Source: an uncultured Thermoplasmatales archaeon (GTDB lineage: Archaea; Thermoplasmatota; E2; DHVEG-1). From it: DNA of 64,000 nucleotides. Within the stretch, counting starts at the first letter, position 1. The number at the start of each line of letters is the position of its first letter. The stretch is taken from NCBI GenBank assembly GCA_964526175.1, contig CAZGIV010000001.1:882-64881 (forward strand), written 5' to 3'. A program made the translations under genes and the position numbers. The notes under the pieces were generated by a model. The model was given only the letters and a program-made list of their open reading frames with translations, searched no databases and had not been told where the DNA came from. This document shows, one piece after another, positions 18,058-29,700 of the stretch.

Positions 18058-18927
18058 TTAACTATATTTCTCAACAAGATCAGCGATCTCCGTAGGAAAT
18101 CGAGCGAGTTTCACCCCTGCCTTTTCAAACGCTTTTATCTTTGACTCTGCGGTTCCTTTTCCACGGGCGATAATTGCACCAGCATGACCCATTCGTTTCC
18201 CAGGAGGAGCGGTTCTTCCGGCAATAAACGCAAATACGGGTTTGTTGATATGTTGGGTGATATACTCAGCTGCATCCTCCTCAGCAGTACCACCAATTTC
18301 ACCAACAAGGACTATGGCTTTGGTCTCTTTATCTGTTTCAAACGCTTCTAAGGCATCGATGAACGTAGTTCCAATAATCGGGTCACCACCAAGCCCAACA
18401 CAAGTACTCTGACCAATCTTTTGCTCGCTTAGCGAGTTCACAATCTCATACGTTAACGTACCTGATCGACTCGCGACACCGACATGACCTTTGATAAAAA
18501 TACCGCTGGGAAGGATACCGACTTTTACGTTCTTCCCCGGACTTGCAATCCCTGGACAATTCGGACCTATTATGACAGCATTATTATATTTCCCATAATG
18601 GATAAACTCCATGGCGTCATGGAAAGGAATATTCTCAGTAATCACGACAATTGTTTTTATACCTGCGTCAAGTGCTTCAAAAACAGCATCCTTGGCAAAT
18701 CGGGCTGGGACTAGCACTAACGATGTATTCGCATGAGTCGTTGTAACTGCATCTCCCATGGTATTAAAAATCGGAACGCCATGGACCGCCTCCCTATGTT
18801 TTCCTGGGGTGACCCCTGCGACAACCTTAGTTCCAAAACGAAGCATTTCCCCGATATGAAACTGACCTTGATGACCAGTTGCGCCTTGAACAACTACTTG
18901 TGTTTTTCCATCTATAAAAATCGACAT
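18058..18927 (-). CDS. sucD: Succinyl-CoA synthetase (ADP/GDP-forming) alpha subunit
   Basis: CoA-binding N-terminus MSIFIDGKTQVVVQGATGHQG. Conserved ...GPNCPGI... and the phosphohistidine region ...GHAGAII. Confidence 0.8.
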   Translation of the reverse strand: MSIFIDGKTQVVVQGATGHQGQFHIGEMLRFGTKVVAGVTPGKHREAVHGVPIFNTMGDAVTTTHANTSLVLVPARFAKDAVFEALDAGIKTIVVITENIPFHDAMEFIHYGKYNNAVIIGPNCPGIASPGKNVKVGILPSGIFIKGHVGVASRSGTLTYEIVNSLSEQKIGQSTCVGLGGDPIIGTTFIDALEAFETDKETKAIVLVGEIGGTAEEDAAEYITQHINKPVFAFIAGRTAPPGKRMGHAGAIIARGKGTAESKIKAFEKAGVKLARFPTEIADLVEKYS

Positions 18928-18931
18928 ATCT

Positions 18932-20056
18932 TCATCTCCCCGCTAAATCAGATGATCGCTTCGCAGCAATCTGAAGGGTCTCCGCAGTGATCAACCCAGC
19001 ATCCTTCAATATATCTTTTGCAATCTCTTCATTACATCCTTTGATACGAGTAATGACCGGACAGTGAATGCCTTCCTGAGAAATAACAGCACTAACTCCT
19101 TTTGCTACCGTATCGCATTTTGTAATGCCACCGAATAGGTTCAACAAAATCACCTTTGGTTTTGCTTTCTTCATCAATTCAAACGCTTGTTTGACCTTCT
19201 CGGGGTCATCAGTACCCCCTAAATCAAGGAATACGCCTCCCTTTCCCTTGTAATGGGTGAGAGCATCTAGTGTCGCCATCGTCAATCCCGCGCCATTCGC
19301 GATTACGCCAATGTTTCCCTCAAGTTGAATAAATGCGATGCCTTTTTCTTTTGCTTCCTGCTCCAACACCGTTAAATCCTCATGCTCAGCGATGACATCA
19401 GGATGTCGATACAATGCATCGTCGTTTATGATCATCTTTGCATCCAAGGCAATTACCTGTCCATTCGTTGAAATGACAAGGGGGTTAATCTCGACAAGTT
19501 CACAATCATAGTCTCGGAATAGTTTGTAGAGTTTCGAGATAATTTGTCCTATCTTTTTTTCTTCGTCAGTTTCAAGTTTAAGTTTGGGGAGAATCCCTCG
19601 GATGTGGAACGATTGAATGCCAATGAGTGGATTAATCCATTCTTTAAAAATAAGGTCATCAGCAACACTTTCGATATCCATACCGCCTTTACCACTCATC
19701 ATGAGCAAGGGCATCCGCTGAGAACGATCCAAGGTGATACTTAGATACAACTCTTTTCGGACTCCAATTTTTTCCTCAACAAGAATCTTTCGAACAGGGA
19801 ATCCTCCAATCTTCAACTTAAGAATTTGCGATAAGACCTCTTTTGCTTTTTCTTTGGCCTCAACCAGTTGTATCCCACCAGCTTTTCCCCTACCCCCAAC
19901 AGGAACTTGTGCCTTGAAAACACAGGGATACGTAAGACTAGAGAGATCATTTTCTTTCTCAATTAACTTACTTTTCGGAACTGAAATTCCAACCTTTTCA
20001 AAAAATTGCTTCCCCTGATACTCAAAAAGTTTCATAATAAAGGCATGCAAGTTCAA
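18932..20056 (-). CDS. sucC: Succinyl-CoA synthetase beta subunit (ATP-grasp)
   Basis: MNLHAFIMKLFEYQGKQFFEKVGISVP... ATP-grasp N-terminus. Lies 4 nt upstream of sucD in the same orientation. Confidence 0.75.
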   Translation of the reverse strand: MNLHAFIMKLFEYQGKQFFEKVGISVPKSKLIEKENDLSSLTYPCVFKAQVPVGGRGKAGGIQLVEAKEKAKEVLSQILKLKIGGFPVRKILVEEKIGVRKELYLSITLDRSQRMPLLMMSGKGGMDIESVADDLIFKEWINPLIGIQSFHIRGILPKLKLETDEEKKIGQIISKLYKLFRDYDCELVEINPLVISTNGQVIALDAKMIINDDALYRHPDVIAEHEDLTVLEQEAKEKGIAFIQLEGNIGVIANGAGLTMATLDALTHYKGKGGVFLDLGGTDDPEKVKQAFELMKKAKPKVILLNLFGGITKCDTVAKGVSAVISQEGIHCPVITRIKGCNEEIAKDILKDAGLITAETLQIAAKRSSDLAGR

Positions 20057-21141
20057 ATATTTAAGAGCTTTTTAATCCAAAAATCACATCCAACAATCTT
20101 ATGAGTAATCGGAGCAAACTTAAAATCTTTGATATAGACTAAAGTATTAAGCCCGTATGTTCGAATAATTGGATCTTGAGCAATCCATCGATTCTCTTTT
20201 AAAATCTGCATGATCTTCATCATATCGGTCTTGTAATCATCATAATTTTGATACACTGAAATCATGACTGCTTCAAACATTCTGCATGAAAAAAAAACAG
20301 TTGAATCACTCATTAAAAATTCTGCTTCATTGTTTTCAATATGAGGAGGATTGCGAGGATCAAAACGAATATGATAAAAAGCCAATATTTCAAAACCAAG
20401 TTTTTTGAGATTTGGGAGATAAATTTTTCCGACTAAATCACGGTCTTCAAAACCACGCCGCAAACGCGAGACCGTGTGTCGTGAAACACCGATTTCTCTT
20501 CCGATGTCACTATCAGACATTTCTGGATAACTTACCATCATACAAAACACATTTTTTTCCGTATCTGAAACAGTGATATTACCGGTATGAAGGAAGTTTA
20601 AACGTTTTTCAGTTTCGATCTCATCAACTGATAGCCCGAAATTTTTTCGAAGCAACGGTGCAAAATCAAAAAACCGATAAATCTTGCTGATATCAAAGGG
20701 GAATACCACCATGACAGGGTATTGTTCTTCTAATAATCCTCTGCTACCAAAGGTCTGTGTTCGGATATCATTAATACGACCGACTGTTGCATAATCATGT
20801 GAAAAACTAAGGGAAAAACCTTTGTCTTGTTCACCTACTGAAAAAAAGATTTCTTCAAAAATTTCTATAGTTTTTCCGGTAATTTCTATTCTTTCCTGGA
20901 GTGGAATTAACGGACTAAAGTTTGTATAGATCACGACAATCATCTGACAGTTGATATTTTGAAGATGAGGAATAATGAGTTTTCGTATGAGTCCATCTTT
21001 TTTTAATCGATGTCGTATTGAGGTTACGGTCGAATGTTTTAGGTCTAATTTTTCAGACAGTTCTTTGTCCGTAAGTTGGGGATAGCTTACGATACCGTAA
21101 AGCATTGTTTTTTCTTTTGAAGTTAATTCATACTTCTTCAT
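20053..21141 (-). CDS. Transcriptional regulator with two tandem winged-helix HTH modules (internally duplicated)
   Basis: Two similar segments: ...YGIVSYPQLTDKELSEKLDLKHSTVTSIRHRLKKDGLIRK... and ...CMMVSYPEMSDSDIGREIGVSRHTVSRLRRGFEDRDLVGK.... Divergently oriented from the 21.4-52.5 kb array. Confidence 0.4.
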   Translation of the reverse strand: MKKYELTSKEKTMLYGIVSYPQLTDKELSEKLDLKHSTVTSIRHRLKKDGLIRKLIIPHLQNINCQMIVVIYTNFSPLIPLQERIEITGKTIEIFEEIFFSVGEQDKGFSLSFSHDYATVGRINDIRTQTFGSRGLLEEQYPVMVVFPFDISKIYRFFDFAPLLRKNFGLSVDEIETEKRLNFLHTGNITVSDTEKNVFCMMVSYPEMSDSDIGREIGVSRHTVSRLRRGFEDRDLVGKIYLPNLKKLGFEILAFYHIRFDPRNPPHIENNEAEFLMSDSTVFFSCRMFEAVMISVYQNYDDYKTDMMKIMQILKENRWIAQDPIIRTYGLNTLVYIKDFKFAPITHKIVGCDFWIKKLLNI

Positions 21142-21447
21142 TTGATTAATAAGAAGGCAAATTTGTATATAAAACTTATTATCATTTAATTAAAAGAAAA
21201 ATTAATAATTGATAATATGTTAAAAAAATTTTATTAATTTGACCTAAAACATAAATATTGGCGTAATCTTTAGAATTATGATAATACGTCAAAAACGTTA
21301 TAACGGACGACTTCTATATGAATTCTTAATTGTGGGTCGAGGTTTGTTGTCAAATGGCAGTAAACGCCATAAACAGGGATCCAATAAAAAAATCAAACTA
21401 TTTCAAGAATGGAATAATTATTTTTTTTATTTTATGGGGAAGGCACC

Positions 21448-22221
21448 ATGAATAAAAGTCGTCAAATTGTTATTGAGAAGCCTAAAAACAATACAAAAAA
21501 ATCAAAAAATGGAAAATTAAAAACTGGGGAAGTTGAAGTTTTTATTATGGGTAAAAGCTACAAAGTTCCGGCGGGCCTTACAATTATGAAAGCATTAGAA
21601 TTTGCTGGCTATCGATTTATCCGTGGCTGTGGTTGTCGTGCAGGGTTCTGTGGTGCATGCTCTACGGTGTATCGTATCGAGGATGAACAGAAACTAGGAT
21701 TTGATCTTGCCTGCCAGAAAGTTGTTGAAGATAAAATGTATCTTGTTCAACTCCCGTTTGTCCCCGCCTCAAAAGCAGAATATGATATCGAAAAACTTGA
21801 ACCGTCGGACATAACACTTATCACGATGTACCCAGAAATTGCTCGTTGTGTATCATGTAACACGTGTACAAAATCATGCCCTCAGGATATCGAAGTGATG
21901 AAATATATTCAATGTGCCATCAGAGGAGATATTGCCAAATGTGCTGAGATCTCATTTGATTGTATTCAATGTGGACTTTGTGCGATGAGATGTCCTGCGG
22001 ATATAAAACATTACCATGTCTCCCAACTCGCTCGACGCCTTCGCGGGAAATATATTGATCCAAAATCAAATAATCTTGCAAAACGGCTAAAGGAAATAGA
22101 AGATAGAAAATACGATAATGAAATTGATGGGCTTATAAAAATGGAGAAAAAAGAAATCACAGAGTTATACAAAAAACGTAAAATAGAAGCTGAAGAAGCA
22201 GTAGCTCAGGGGGGAGACTAA
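21448..22221 (+). CDS. frdB: Succinate dehydrogenase/fumarate reductase iron-sulfur subunit-like protein, lacking a CCG thiol-oxidation domain
   Basis: 2Fe-2S motif CGCRAGFCGACS. 4Fe-4S/3Fe-4S motifs CVSCNTCTKSCP and CIQCGLCAMRCP. SD GGGGAAGG precedes the start. Confidence 0.6.
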   Translation: MNKSRQIVIEKPKNNTKKSKNGKLKTGEVEVFIMGKSYKVPAGLTIMKALEFAGYRFIRGCGCRAGFCGACSTVYRIEDEQKLGFDLACQKVVEDKMYLVQLPFVPASKAEYDIEKLEPSDITLITMYPEIARCVSCNTCTKSCPQDIEVMKYIQCAIRGDIAKCAEISFDCIQCGLCAMRCPADIKHYHVSQLARRLRGKYIDPKSNNLAKRLKEIEDRKYDNEIDGLIKMEKKEITELYKKRKIEAEEAVAQGGD

Positions 22222-22223
22222 TC

Positions 22224-23870
22224 ATGAAATTAATTGATGGGTACCCGGAGTACATGTTAAAATCGATTGCCCTTGTCGAACAAAAACGAAAACGGAATAT
22301 GTCACATCCAGTAAAACCAATGAGTATGAAGGAACGGGAGGAAAATCTCTCAAAATACCATCCTGATTATATGGATGGAACACGAAGGAAACTCAGATTG
22401 GGTGCTGATAAAGGCAAAGAGTTCTATAATGGTATAGCTGATCTTTTAGAAGCAAGACTAGTACTGAATGCAAATGACGTTGATCTCAGTAAAATCGATT
22501 ATGATGTTGATATATTAATTATTGGGGGTGGCGGTGCTGGAACTGTTGCTGCTTTGTTTGCATATGAATCTGGCATTGCATGTGATAAAATTTTAATTGT
22601 GACAAAGCTTCGTCATGGTGATGCAAATTCGATGATGGCTCAAGGCGGGATTCAGGCAGCAGATCGACCGCAGGATAGTCCTGCCCTTCATTATCTTGAT
22701 ATTTATGGCGGTGGCCATTTTACCAATAAACCTGAGCTAGCAAGGGCACTTGCACTAGACGCACCAGGGATTATCAAATGGCATGAAGAACTTGGAGTTA
22801 TGTATGATCGTCAAGATGACGGTGAATTTCAGGAGCTATCTGGTGGTGGGACCTGTCGGAACCGTATGCATAGCGCTAAGGATTACACAGGCATGGAACT
22901 GTTACGAAATATTCGAGACAATGCGAGAAATCTTGAATTACCAGTTCTTGAGTTCTGCCCTATTGTCGAGCTGCTAATGGATAACAAAGGAAAGGTTGCA
23001 GGTGGTGTTGCCTTCAACCTTGAAACTTTTGAATATTATGTGATTCGTGCAAAAGCAACAATCCTTGCCACCGGTGGATCCGGTCGTCTGCATTTATCAA
23101 ACTACCCAACCACGAACCATTATGGTGCCACAGGTGATGGGCTTGTTATGGCGTATCATGTAGGAGCAAACCTTCGCGATCTTGATACCATCCAGATTCA
23201 TCCGACTGGTGATGCATACCCCGAGCCGATCGTTGGAATTCTATCCACAGAAAAAATCAGAGGACTCGGCGCTATCCCGGTCAATGCTAATGGTGACCCA
23301 TTTGTATTCCCCTTGGAGCCTCGTGATGTAGAATCAGCTGCCTTTATTAAAGAATGCAAAGAAGGCCATGGAATAATCACTCCAACCGGCATGCCCGGTG
23401 TTTGGCTTGACACCCCTATGATAGATATCATACATGGTGAGGGAACCTGTGCATTAAAATTATCTGGTGAAGTACGGAAATTCAAACGATTTGATATCGA
23501 CATGGCAAAACATCCCATTCTTGTGTACCCCACGCTTCATTATCAGAATGGCGGCGTTGAAATCAACGAAAAAACTGAGACAAAAATCCCTGGTCTTTTT
23601 GCTGCGGGTGAGGTGACGGGAGGAGTCCATGGTAAAAACAGATTGATGGGGAATTCTCTTCTTGATTACAACGTGTTTGGTCGTCGGGCAGGTATCTATG
23701 CTGCAAAATATGTTAAAAAAGTAAAAATTGGGAAATTAACACTTAGTCATTTAGATAAATACAAAAAAATGATTGAACAAGCAGGTATTGATTCGAAAAA
23801 AACTGCGCCTATTCTTCTTCCTGAATATCGGGGTGAAAAAGCAATCTCTCGCGCACTCGATATCTTCTGA
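22224..23870 (+). CDS. frdA: Fumarate reductase/succinate dehydrogenase flavoprotein subunit (thiol:fumarate reductase TfrA-like)
   Basis: FAD fold DILIIGGGGAGTVAAL. RHGDANSMMAQGGIQA (covalent-FAD His-region analogue). HPTG and LHYQNGGVEIN motifs. Confidence 0.65.
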   Translation: MKLIDGYPEYMLKSIALVEQKRKRNMSHPVKPMSMKEREENLSKYHPDYMDGTRRKLRLGADKGKEFYNGIADLLEARLVLNANDVDLSKIDYDVDILIIGGGGAGTVAALFAYESGIACDKILIVTKLRHGDANSMMAQGGIQAADRPQDSPALHYLDIYGGGHFTNKPELARALALDAPGIIKWHEELGVMYDRQDDGEFQELSGGGTCRNRMHSAKDYTGMELLRNIRDNARNLELPVLEFCPIVELLMDNKGKVAGGVAFNLETFEYYVIRAKATILATGGSGRLHLSNYPTTNHYGATGDGLVMAYHVGANLRDLDTIQIHPTGDAYPEPIVGILSTEKIRGLGAIPVNANGDPFVFPLEPRDVESAAFIKECKEGHGIITPTGMPGVWLDTPMIDIIHGEGTCALKLSGEVRKFKRFDIDMAKHPILVYPTLHYQNGGVEINEKTETKIPGLFAAGEVTGGVHGKNRLMGNSLLDYNVFGRRAGIYAAKYVKKVKIGKLTLSHLDKYKKMIEQAGIDSKKTAPILLPEYRGEKAISRALDIF

Positions 23871-23879
23871 GGTTCTCAT

Positions 23880-24134
23880 ATGATAGAAGTAAATGAAGAT
23901 TGGTGTAAAGGCTGCAACATCTGCATTGAACGATGCCCTGTTGCAGCATTAGAAGAATCAGACACATTAAATAAAAGAGGGATACGCCCACCGAAATTAA
24001 AAAAAGTTAATGAATGTAATGATTGTCGTCTCTGTGAACTCCTTTGCCCTGACATGGCAATCATGGTAGTTCGTGGAGAAAAAAAGAAACAGCAAAAAAA
24101 GAGTTTATTACGACCAGTTGGAGGACGAAGGTAA
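23880..24134 (+). CDS. korD: 2-oxoacid:ferredoxin oxidoreductase delta subunit (2x[4Fe-4S] ferredoxin)
   Basis: CKGCNICIERCP and CNDCRLCELLCP. Immediately precedes the alpha/beta/gamma subunits. Confidence 0.65.
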   Translation: MIEVNEDWCKGCNICIERCPVAALEESDTLNKRGIRPPKLKKVNECNDCRLCELLCPDMAIMVVRGEKKKQQKKSLLRPVGGRR

Positions 24135-25316
24135 ATGATCTATAAACGAGATCCGATACGAATACGTGGTGTCTTAGGTAATAACAAACAATTTATTCTT
24201 GGTGATATGGCCTGTGTCTATGGCGGTATCCTTGCCGGATGTTCATTTTTTGGGGGGTACCCAATAACGCCTGCATCAGAAATCGCTGAGGGAATGGCTC
24301 GATTGCTTCCACGCGTTGGAGGAACATATATCCAAATGGAAGATGAAATTGGAAGTATCGCTGCAGTCATTGGAGCGTCATGGGGTGGCTCAAAATCTAT
24401 GACCGCGACATCAGGTCCTGGTTTTTCACTCATGATGGAAAACTATGGGTATGCAGTGATGACCGAAACCCCCTGTGTTATTGTAAATGTGCAAAGAACT
24501 GGACCATCAACGGGACAACCGACGCTTGGCGCTCAGGGTGATATGATGCAAGTTCGATGGGGAACCCATGGAGACATTGAGGCAATAGCTCTTGCCCCCA
24601 GTACTGTTCAAGAATGCTTAGATTTCACCATTGAAGCGTTTAACCTTGCAGAAAAATATCGCAATCCTGTCTGCGTCATGACTGACGGAGAAGTCGGTCA
24701 TCTGAGAGAACGAATAATCATCCCAGATGAAAAAGATCTAAAGATAGTGAATCGACATCCCGCAACAATCGATAAGAAGAAGTTCATTCCGTTCAGTGAG
24801 TCACAAACCCGAAAAAGCAAGGTGCCTGATTTTCCTACCTTTGGAACCGGGTACCGAACGTATGTGACTGGACTGACTCATAATGAAAAAGGATTCCCAG
24901 CAACAGATAAACAAAAAGATCATGAGAAACTCATTAAAAGAATTACCTCAAAAATATCTGATGACATAGAGAAACTTACCATGGTTGAAAAAACTAATTT
25001 AGAGGATGCAAACATCGCATTTGTCACCTATGGTGCTTCAGCACGACCTGCAGAAACTGCAATGGAACTCGGTAGGCAGAAGGGAATCAAAGTTGGATTG
25101 CTCCGTCTGAAAATGGTCTGGCCGTTTCCAGAAAAAGTCATCCATAAACTCGCAAAAGATGTTGATACCATCATTGTTCCAGAGATGAATCTTGGACAGA
25201 TTGTTCATCCTGTTCGAGAAGCTGCTTGTGGACAATGTGAGGTTATCAGTGCACCAAAAGTCGGTGGAGAAATCCATCTCCCCGATGAATTATTGCAATA
25301 CTTAGGGGGAAAATAA
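24135..25316 (+). CDS. korA: 2-oxoacid (2-oxoglutarate/pyruvate):ferredoxin oxidoreductase alpha subunit
   Basis: ...GDMACVYGGILAGCSFFGGYPITPASEI... is the typical OFOR alpha N-terminus. Contiguous with delta and beta. Confidence 0.7.
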   Translation: MIYKRDPIRIRGVLGNNKQFILGDMACVYGGILAGCSFFGGYPITPASEIAEGMARLLPRVGGTYIQMEDEIGSIAAVIGASWGGSKSMTATSGPGFSLMMENYGYAVMTETPCVIVNVQRTGPSTGQPTLGAQGDMMQVRWGTHGDIEAIALAPSTVQECLDFTIEAFNLAEKYRNPVCVMTDGEVGHLRERIIIPDEKDLKIVNRHPATIDKKKFIPFSESQTRKSKVPDFPTFGTGYRTYVTGLTHNEKGFPATDKQKDHEKLIKRITSKISDDIEKLTMVEKTNLEDANIAFVTYGASARPAETAMELGRQKGIKVGLLRLKMVWPFPEKVIHKLAKDVDTIIVPEMNLGQIVHPVREAACGQCEVISAPKVGGEIHLPDELLQYLGGK

Positions 25317-25317
25317 C

Positions 25318-26205
25318 ATGGTTGAAATGAAAAACGCTGAGGATCTAAATAAAAAATTTCTCCGCGATGGCATGTGGCCAACAATATTTTGTAATGGATG
25401 CGGTGACGGGGTTGTCTTAGAATACACTTTATGGGCGCTTGAAGAACTGGGTTGGGACATGGACAAGGTAGTGTTTGCCTCTGGTATCGGATGTTCCTCA
25501 CGGTTACCAGGGTACATCAACGCCGATGGATTACATACCACCCATGGAAGGGCGCTTGCATTTGCCACAGGGATAAAGGCAGCAAACCCTGAACTCAAAC
25601 TTATTATTTTTACAGGAGATGGTGACTGCGCAGGGATCGGAGGGAACCATTTCATCCATGCGGCACGACGAAATATCGACATGACCGTCATTATGATCAA
25701 TAATTTTATTTATGGAATGACCGGGGGACAACTCTCACCGACGACACCGCTGGGAAGTATAGCGACAACCGCACCCCACGGGAATATCGAACCACCGTTT
25801 GATATCTGTAATTTAGCAAAAGCATTAGGAGCAAATTATGTTGCCCGCTGGACAGTTACTCATCCATATCAACCAATTAAATCAGTGAAAGCTGCCCTTG
25901 AGAAAAAAGGATTTTCCCTTGTTGAATTCCTTGCTCCATGCCCGACGGCGTATGGGCGAAGAAACAAATTAGGTGATATCCAGAAACTCTGGGAATGGTA
26001 TGATAACAACACGATTTTAATTGAGGATTATGAACGAATAATGAATTATGGTACTGATGAGGAGAAAAAACAAATGCGTCATATGTTTCCTATCGGGGTG
26101 TTCCAAGATTTTGATAAACCAGGGTTTTTTGAGGAATATGGAAAACTTGTGAATCGACTCATGGATTCTTCTTCCAGAAAAGAAAAGGTGGTGGTGCAAG
26201 AATGA
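25318..26205 (+). CDS. korB: 2-oxoacid:ferredoxin oxidoreductase beta subunit (TPP-binding)
   Basis: ...FCNGCGDG..., GIGCSSRLPGY, and GDGDCAGIGGNHF (TPP/Mg and [4Fe-4S] ligands). Confidence 0.7.
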   Translation: MVEMKNAEDLNKKFLRDGMWPTIFCNGCGDGVVLEYTLWALEELGWDMDKVVFASGIGCSSRLPGYINADGLHTTHGRALAFATGIKAANPELKLIIFTGDGDCAGIGGNHFIHAARRNIDMTVIMINNFIYGMTGGQLSPTTPLGSIATTAPHGNIEPPFDICNLAKALGANYVARWTVTHPYQPIKSVKAALEKKGFSLVEFLAPCPTAYGRRNKLGDIQKLWEWYDNNTILIEDYERIMNYGTDEEKKQMRHMFPIGVFQDFDKPGFFEEYGKLVNRLMDSSSRKEKVVVQE

Positions 26206-26744
26206 AGAAAGAAATCCGAATCTGTGGTTTTGGTGGTCAGGGTGTTATTTTAGCTGGTTTTATCATTGGAAAAGCAGCAACGGTATTCATGGATTATAAT
26301 GCAGTACAAAGTCAATCCTATGGCCCAGAGGCCCGGGGAGGCGCGGCTCGCTCTGAAGTGATCATTTCTGATGAAAAAATCGGTTACCCACGTCCAATAA
26401 GCGTTGATGTGTTCGTCGCCATGTCCCAGGAGTCATTTGATGCATATCGCAATGATATCCGGGATGATACTCGTATCGTGATTGATCCTGAGCTAGTGAC
26501 GAAACATAATATTGGCCGACCCGTCTACAAAGTACATGCACAGCAAATCGCTGAGAAACTCGGTAACAAAATTGTGACCAATATCGTGATGGTCGGAGCA
26601 GCAACAAGCATCATTGATTTATTGGAGCCTGAAGCAGTGAAAAAGGCTGTCATCGACAGTGTCCCAAGTAGGTTTAAAGAAATGAATGTCATGGCATTTG
26701 AAAAGGGATTAGAGGCAGGGAACAATGCCCTCAAAGAAAAATAA
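26202..26744 (+). CDS. korC: 2-oxoacid:ferredoxin oxidoreductase gamma subunit
   Basis: ICGFGGQGVILAGFIIG is the gamma-subunit signature. Overlaps korB by 4 nt. Confidence 0.7.
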   Translation: MKKEIRICGFGGQGVILAGFIIGKAATVFMDYNAVQSQSYGPEARGGAARSEVIISDEKIGYPRPISVDVFVAMSQESFDAYRNDIRDDTRIVIDPELVTKHNIGRPVYKVHAQQIAEKLGNKIVTNIVMVGAATSIIDLLEPEAVKKAVIDSVPSRFKEMNVMAFEKGLEAGNNALKEK

Positions 26745-29700
26745 TCAAAAAATGGATCATGATTTAGGGATACCCCTTTGCGATGATTATTTCTTCGATG
26801 AACCAGAAGCAATCGAACAAGAAGAAAAAATGCCTGAGCCAGCCAGTACTATCCAAAAAATCTCAGAGGTTGTAACACGGAAGAAAAAACGGATTATCTA
26901 CGGGGATGTACTCATTGTTGGAGCGGGAATCTCAGGAATGCAATCCGCTCTGGATATCGCAGACAAAGGATACAAAGTCGTTATCATTGATAAAACATCT
27001 ACGATCGGCGGGGCGATGGTAAAACTTGATAAAACATTTCCCACGAATGACTGCTCGATTTGTACCGCTGCCCCAAAAATGGTTGAGCTCGCTCGTCATC
27101 CAAATATTGAACTTATTACCTATGCTGAGATGAATAAACTTGTTGGTAAAAAAGGTGACTTTACCGCACAGATCTGGAAAAAAAGTAAATATGTTGACCC
27201 GGATAAGTGCACGGGATGCGGTGATTGCGCCGAAGTCTGTCCCGTTGAAATCATAAGTCCGTTTGATGAAAAAATATCGACACGAAAAGCTGTCTACATT
27301 GAATTTCCACAAGCAGTTCCAATCGTGTATACGGTCGATATCGAAAAGTGCGTTGGTTGTGGTTCTTGCGACAGGGTCTGCGAACCAGCAGCGATTAGTT
27401 TTTTAGAAAAATCAGAAGAAATTGAAGTTCATGCAGGAAGCATTATCATCGCGACCGGTTTTGAGGTCTTTGAACCAACAGAAATTCGAAAAGAATACGG
27501 ATACGGGAAATACGAAAACGTCCTCACCGCAATGCAAATCGAACGACTGCTTTCTTCGTTTGGACCAACCAGTGGTAAGGTCCTACGTCCCTCAGATTAT
27601 AAAAAACCAAAAAAAATCGGATGGATTCAATGTGTCGGCTCACGAAGCGAACAACAAGGGTACCCATATTGTTCACGTGTGTGCTGCATGTACGCAACCA
27701 AGGAAGCATCCATTGTCAAAGAATCAAATCCAGAGATAAACATCACTATTTATTATATGGATATCCGTGCCTATGGAAAGGATTTTCAACAATACTATGA
27801 TCATGCGAAAAAACTTGGAGTCAAATATGTTCGTGGACGACCATCCTCAGTATATGAGAATAAGAATAAGAGTCTGATAGTACGGTATAAGGATACCCTC
27901 ACAGGAAAAATCAAAGAGGATACGGTTGATCTGTTAGTCTTATCAACATCCATTATTCCTGCGAAAGGAAATAAGAAACTTGCAGAAATCATTGGCTTAG
28001 AAGTCGATGAAAATGGTTTTTTCAAACAGGAGTCTCTCCTTGAGAACCCAGTAGAATCCTCTAAAGAAGGCGTGTATCTGGCAGGATGTATCCAAGGACC
28101 AAAAGATATCCCGGATAGTGTTTCCATGGCCAGTGGGGCTGCTGCAAAAGCGGTTGCTCCGATTAAAGATCGACAACGACATATCGGCAAGGAATTTCCT
28201 CCTGAAAAAGACATTTCCAAAGAAGAGCCACGCATTGGTGTATTTGTGTGTCATTGTGGGAAAAACATTGCTGGGTATCTCGATGTTGAGAAAGTCACTG
28301 AGGAAGTAAAAAAACTTCCGAATGTTACTCATGCTGAACATGTCATGTTTGCCTGTTCACAGGATAGCGGTAAAAAAATCAAAGCTCTCATCAAAGAAAA
28401 AAACCTGAATCGTATTATTGTTGCAGCGTGCTCACCCCGGACCCATGGAGGGTTATTCCAAGATACCTTACTTGAAGCAGGGTTGAATAAATATTTGTTT
28501 GAAATGGCGAACATTCGAAATCAATGCTCATGGGTTCATTCGGATGATTGGGAGAAAGCAACCATAAAAGCTATTGATTTAGTAAAAGCATCTGTCGCAA
28601 AAGTATCTCTTCTTGAACCTCTCAGTGAGGAAGAGTTTTCCATTCTTCCAAGTGTGCTTGTCATCGGCGGGGGAATTTCAGGGATGAAAGCAGCACTGGC
28701 ACTTGCTGAGATGAATGTGAAATCCTATCTTATTGAACGAGAAAAAGAACTCGGTGGCCGCCTCAAACAACTCAATACGATGTTTCCTACAGATAAAAAA
28801 GCCCAGGACATCATCGATCCGTTAATTAAAAAAGTCACGACGAATAAATTGATAACGGTAATGACGGGTGCCGAGCTTGTTAGCATTGAAGGATTTATCG
28901 GGAATTATAAAGGGACAATTAAACAGAAAGGAAAAAAGAAACAGCTTGGCATTGGAACAATTATTGTCGCAACCGGTTTTCGAGAAATTGATCTTAAAGG
29001 AGAATATCAACATAAAATAAATGAAAATATTTTATCTCAGACAGAGCTTGAGGAAAAAATTAAAAAAGGGACATTGAAAAAACCCAAAAATGTCGTCATC
29101 ATCAATTGCGCAGGAGCAATGGATGAACAACGACCGTATTGTTGCCGTATTGGGTGTGGAGTTGCGATTAAAAACGCAAAAGTAATTAGTGAAAAGTACC
29201 CCGGCTCAAAAATCTATCTCTTATATCGTGACATGAGGGTGTTTGGGAAAGAGGAAGAAGAATATTATTCGAACGTTATTAAAAATCATCATGTGACGGT
29301 TATTCGCTATCCCGGTGAGAAAAAACCAGAGGTTATTCTTGATAAAAAAGATCCGAAAAAGGGTCCGATGAAGATTAAAGTCTATGATGATATCCTTGAA
29401 GAGGAGCTGACGCTTCCTGCAGATCTCGTTGTTCTTACCGTGAACACTGAAGGTGAGGTGCTGACAGAGTCGCTGAAGAACATGCTGAAGATACCAGCTG
29501 ATTCCGCAGGATTCTTTTTAGAGGCCCATGCAAAAATCCGTCCGTTGGATTTCGCAACCGATGGGATTTACCTTTGCGGAGCGGCCCATTACCCGAAGAA
29601 TCTCGTTGATTCTATTGCTCAAGCAGAAGGTGCTGCATCCCGTGCAGCAATCCCGATTATGCAGGAGAAAATGAAAGGAGAAGGCCAAGTTGCAGAAGTC

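Noticed and set aside
21354-21370. Inverted repeat ATGGC-N7-GCCAT in the divergent promoter region upstream of frdB
   Set aside because: Only 5-bp arms, which are expected by chance in a 300-nt AT-rich spacer. Not reported as a regulatory site.
21142-21447. Searched the long AT-rich intergenic regions (21142-21447, 56452-56688, 14685-15170, 17894-18057) for tRNA genes, CRISPR repeats or IS terminal repeats
   Set aside because: No cloverleaf-compatible GTTCRAATC T-loop contexts, no regularly spaced direct repeats and no transposase-like ORFs were seen. These regions look like promoters, plus one ALDH gene remnant.
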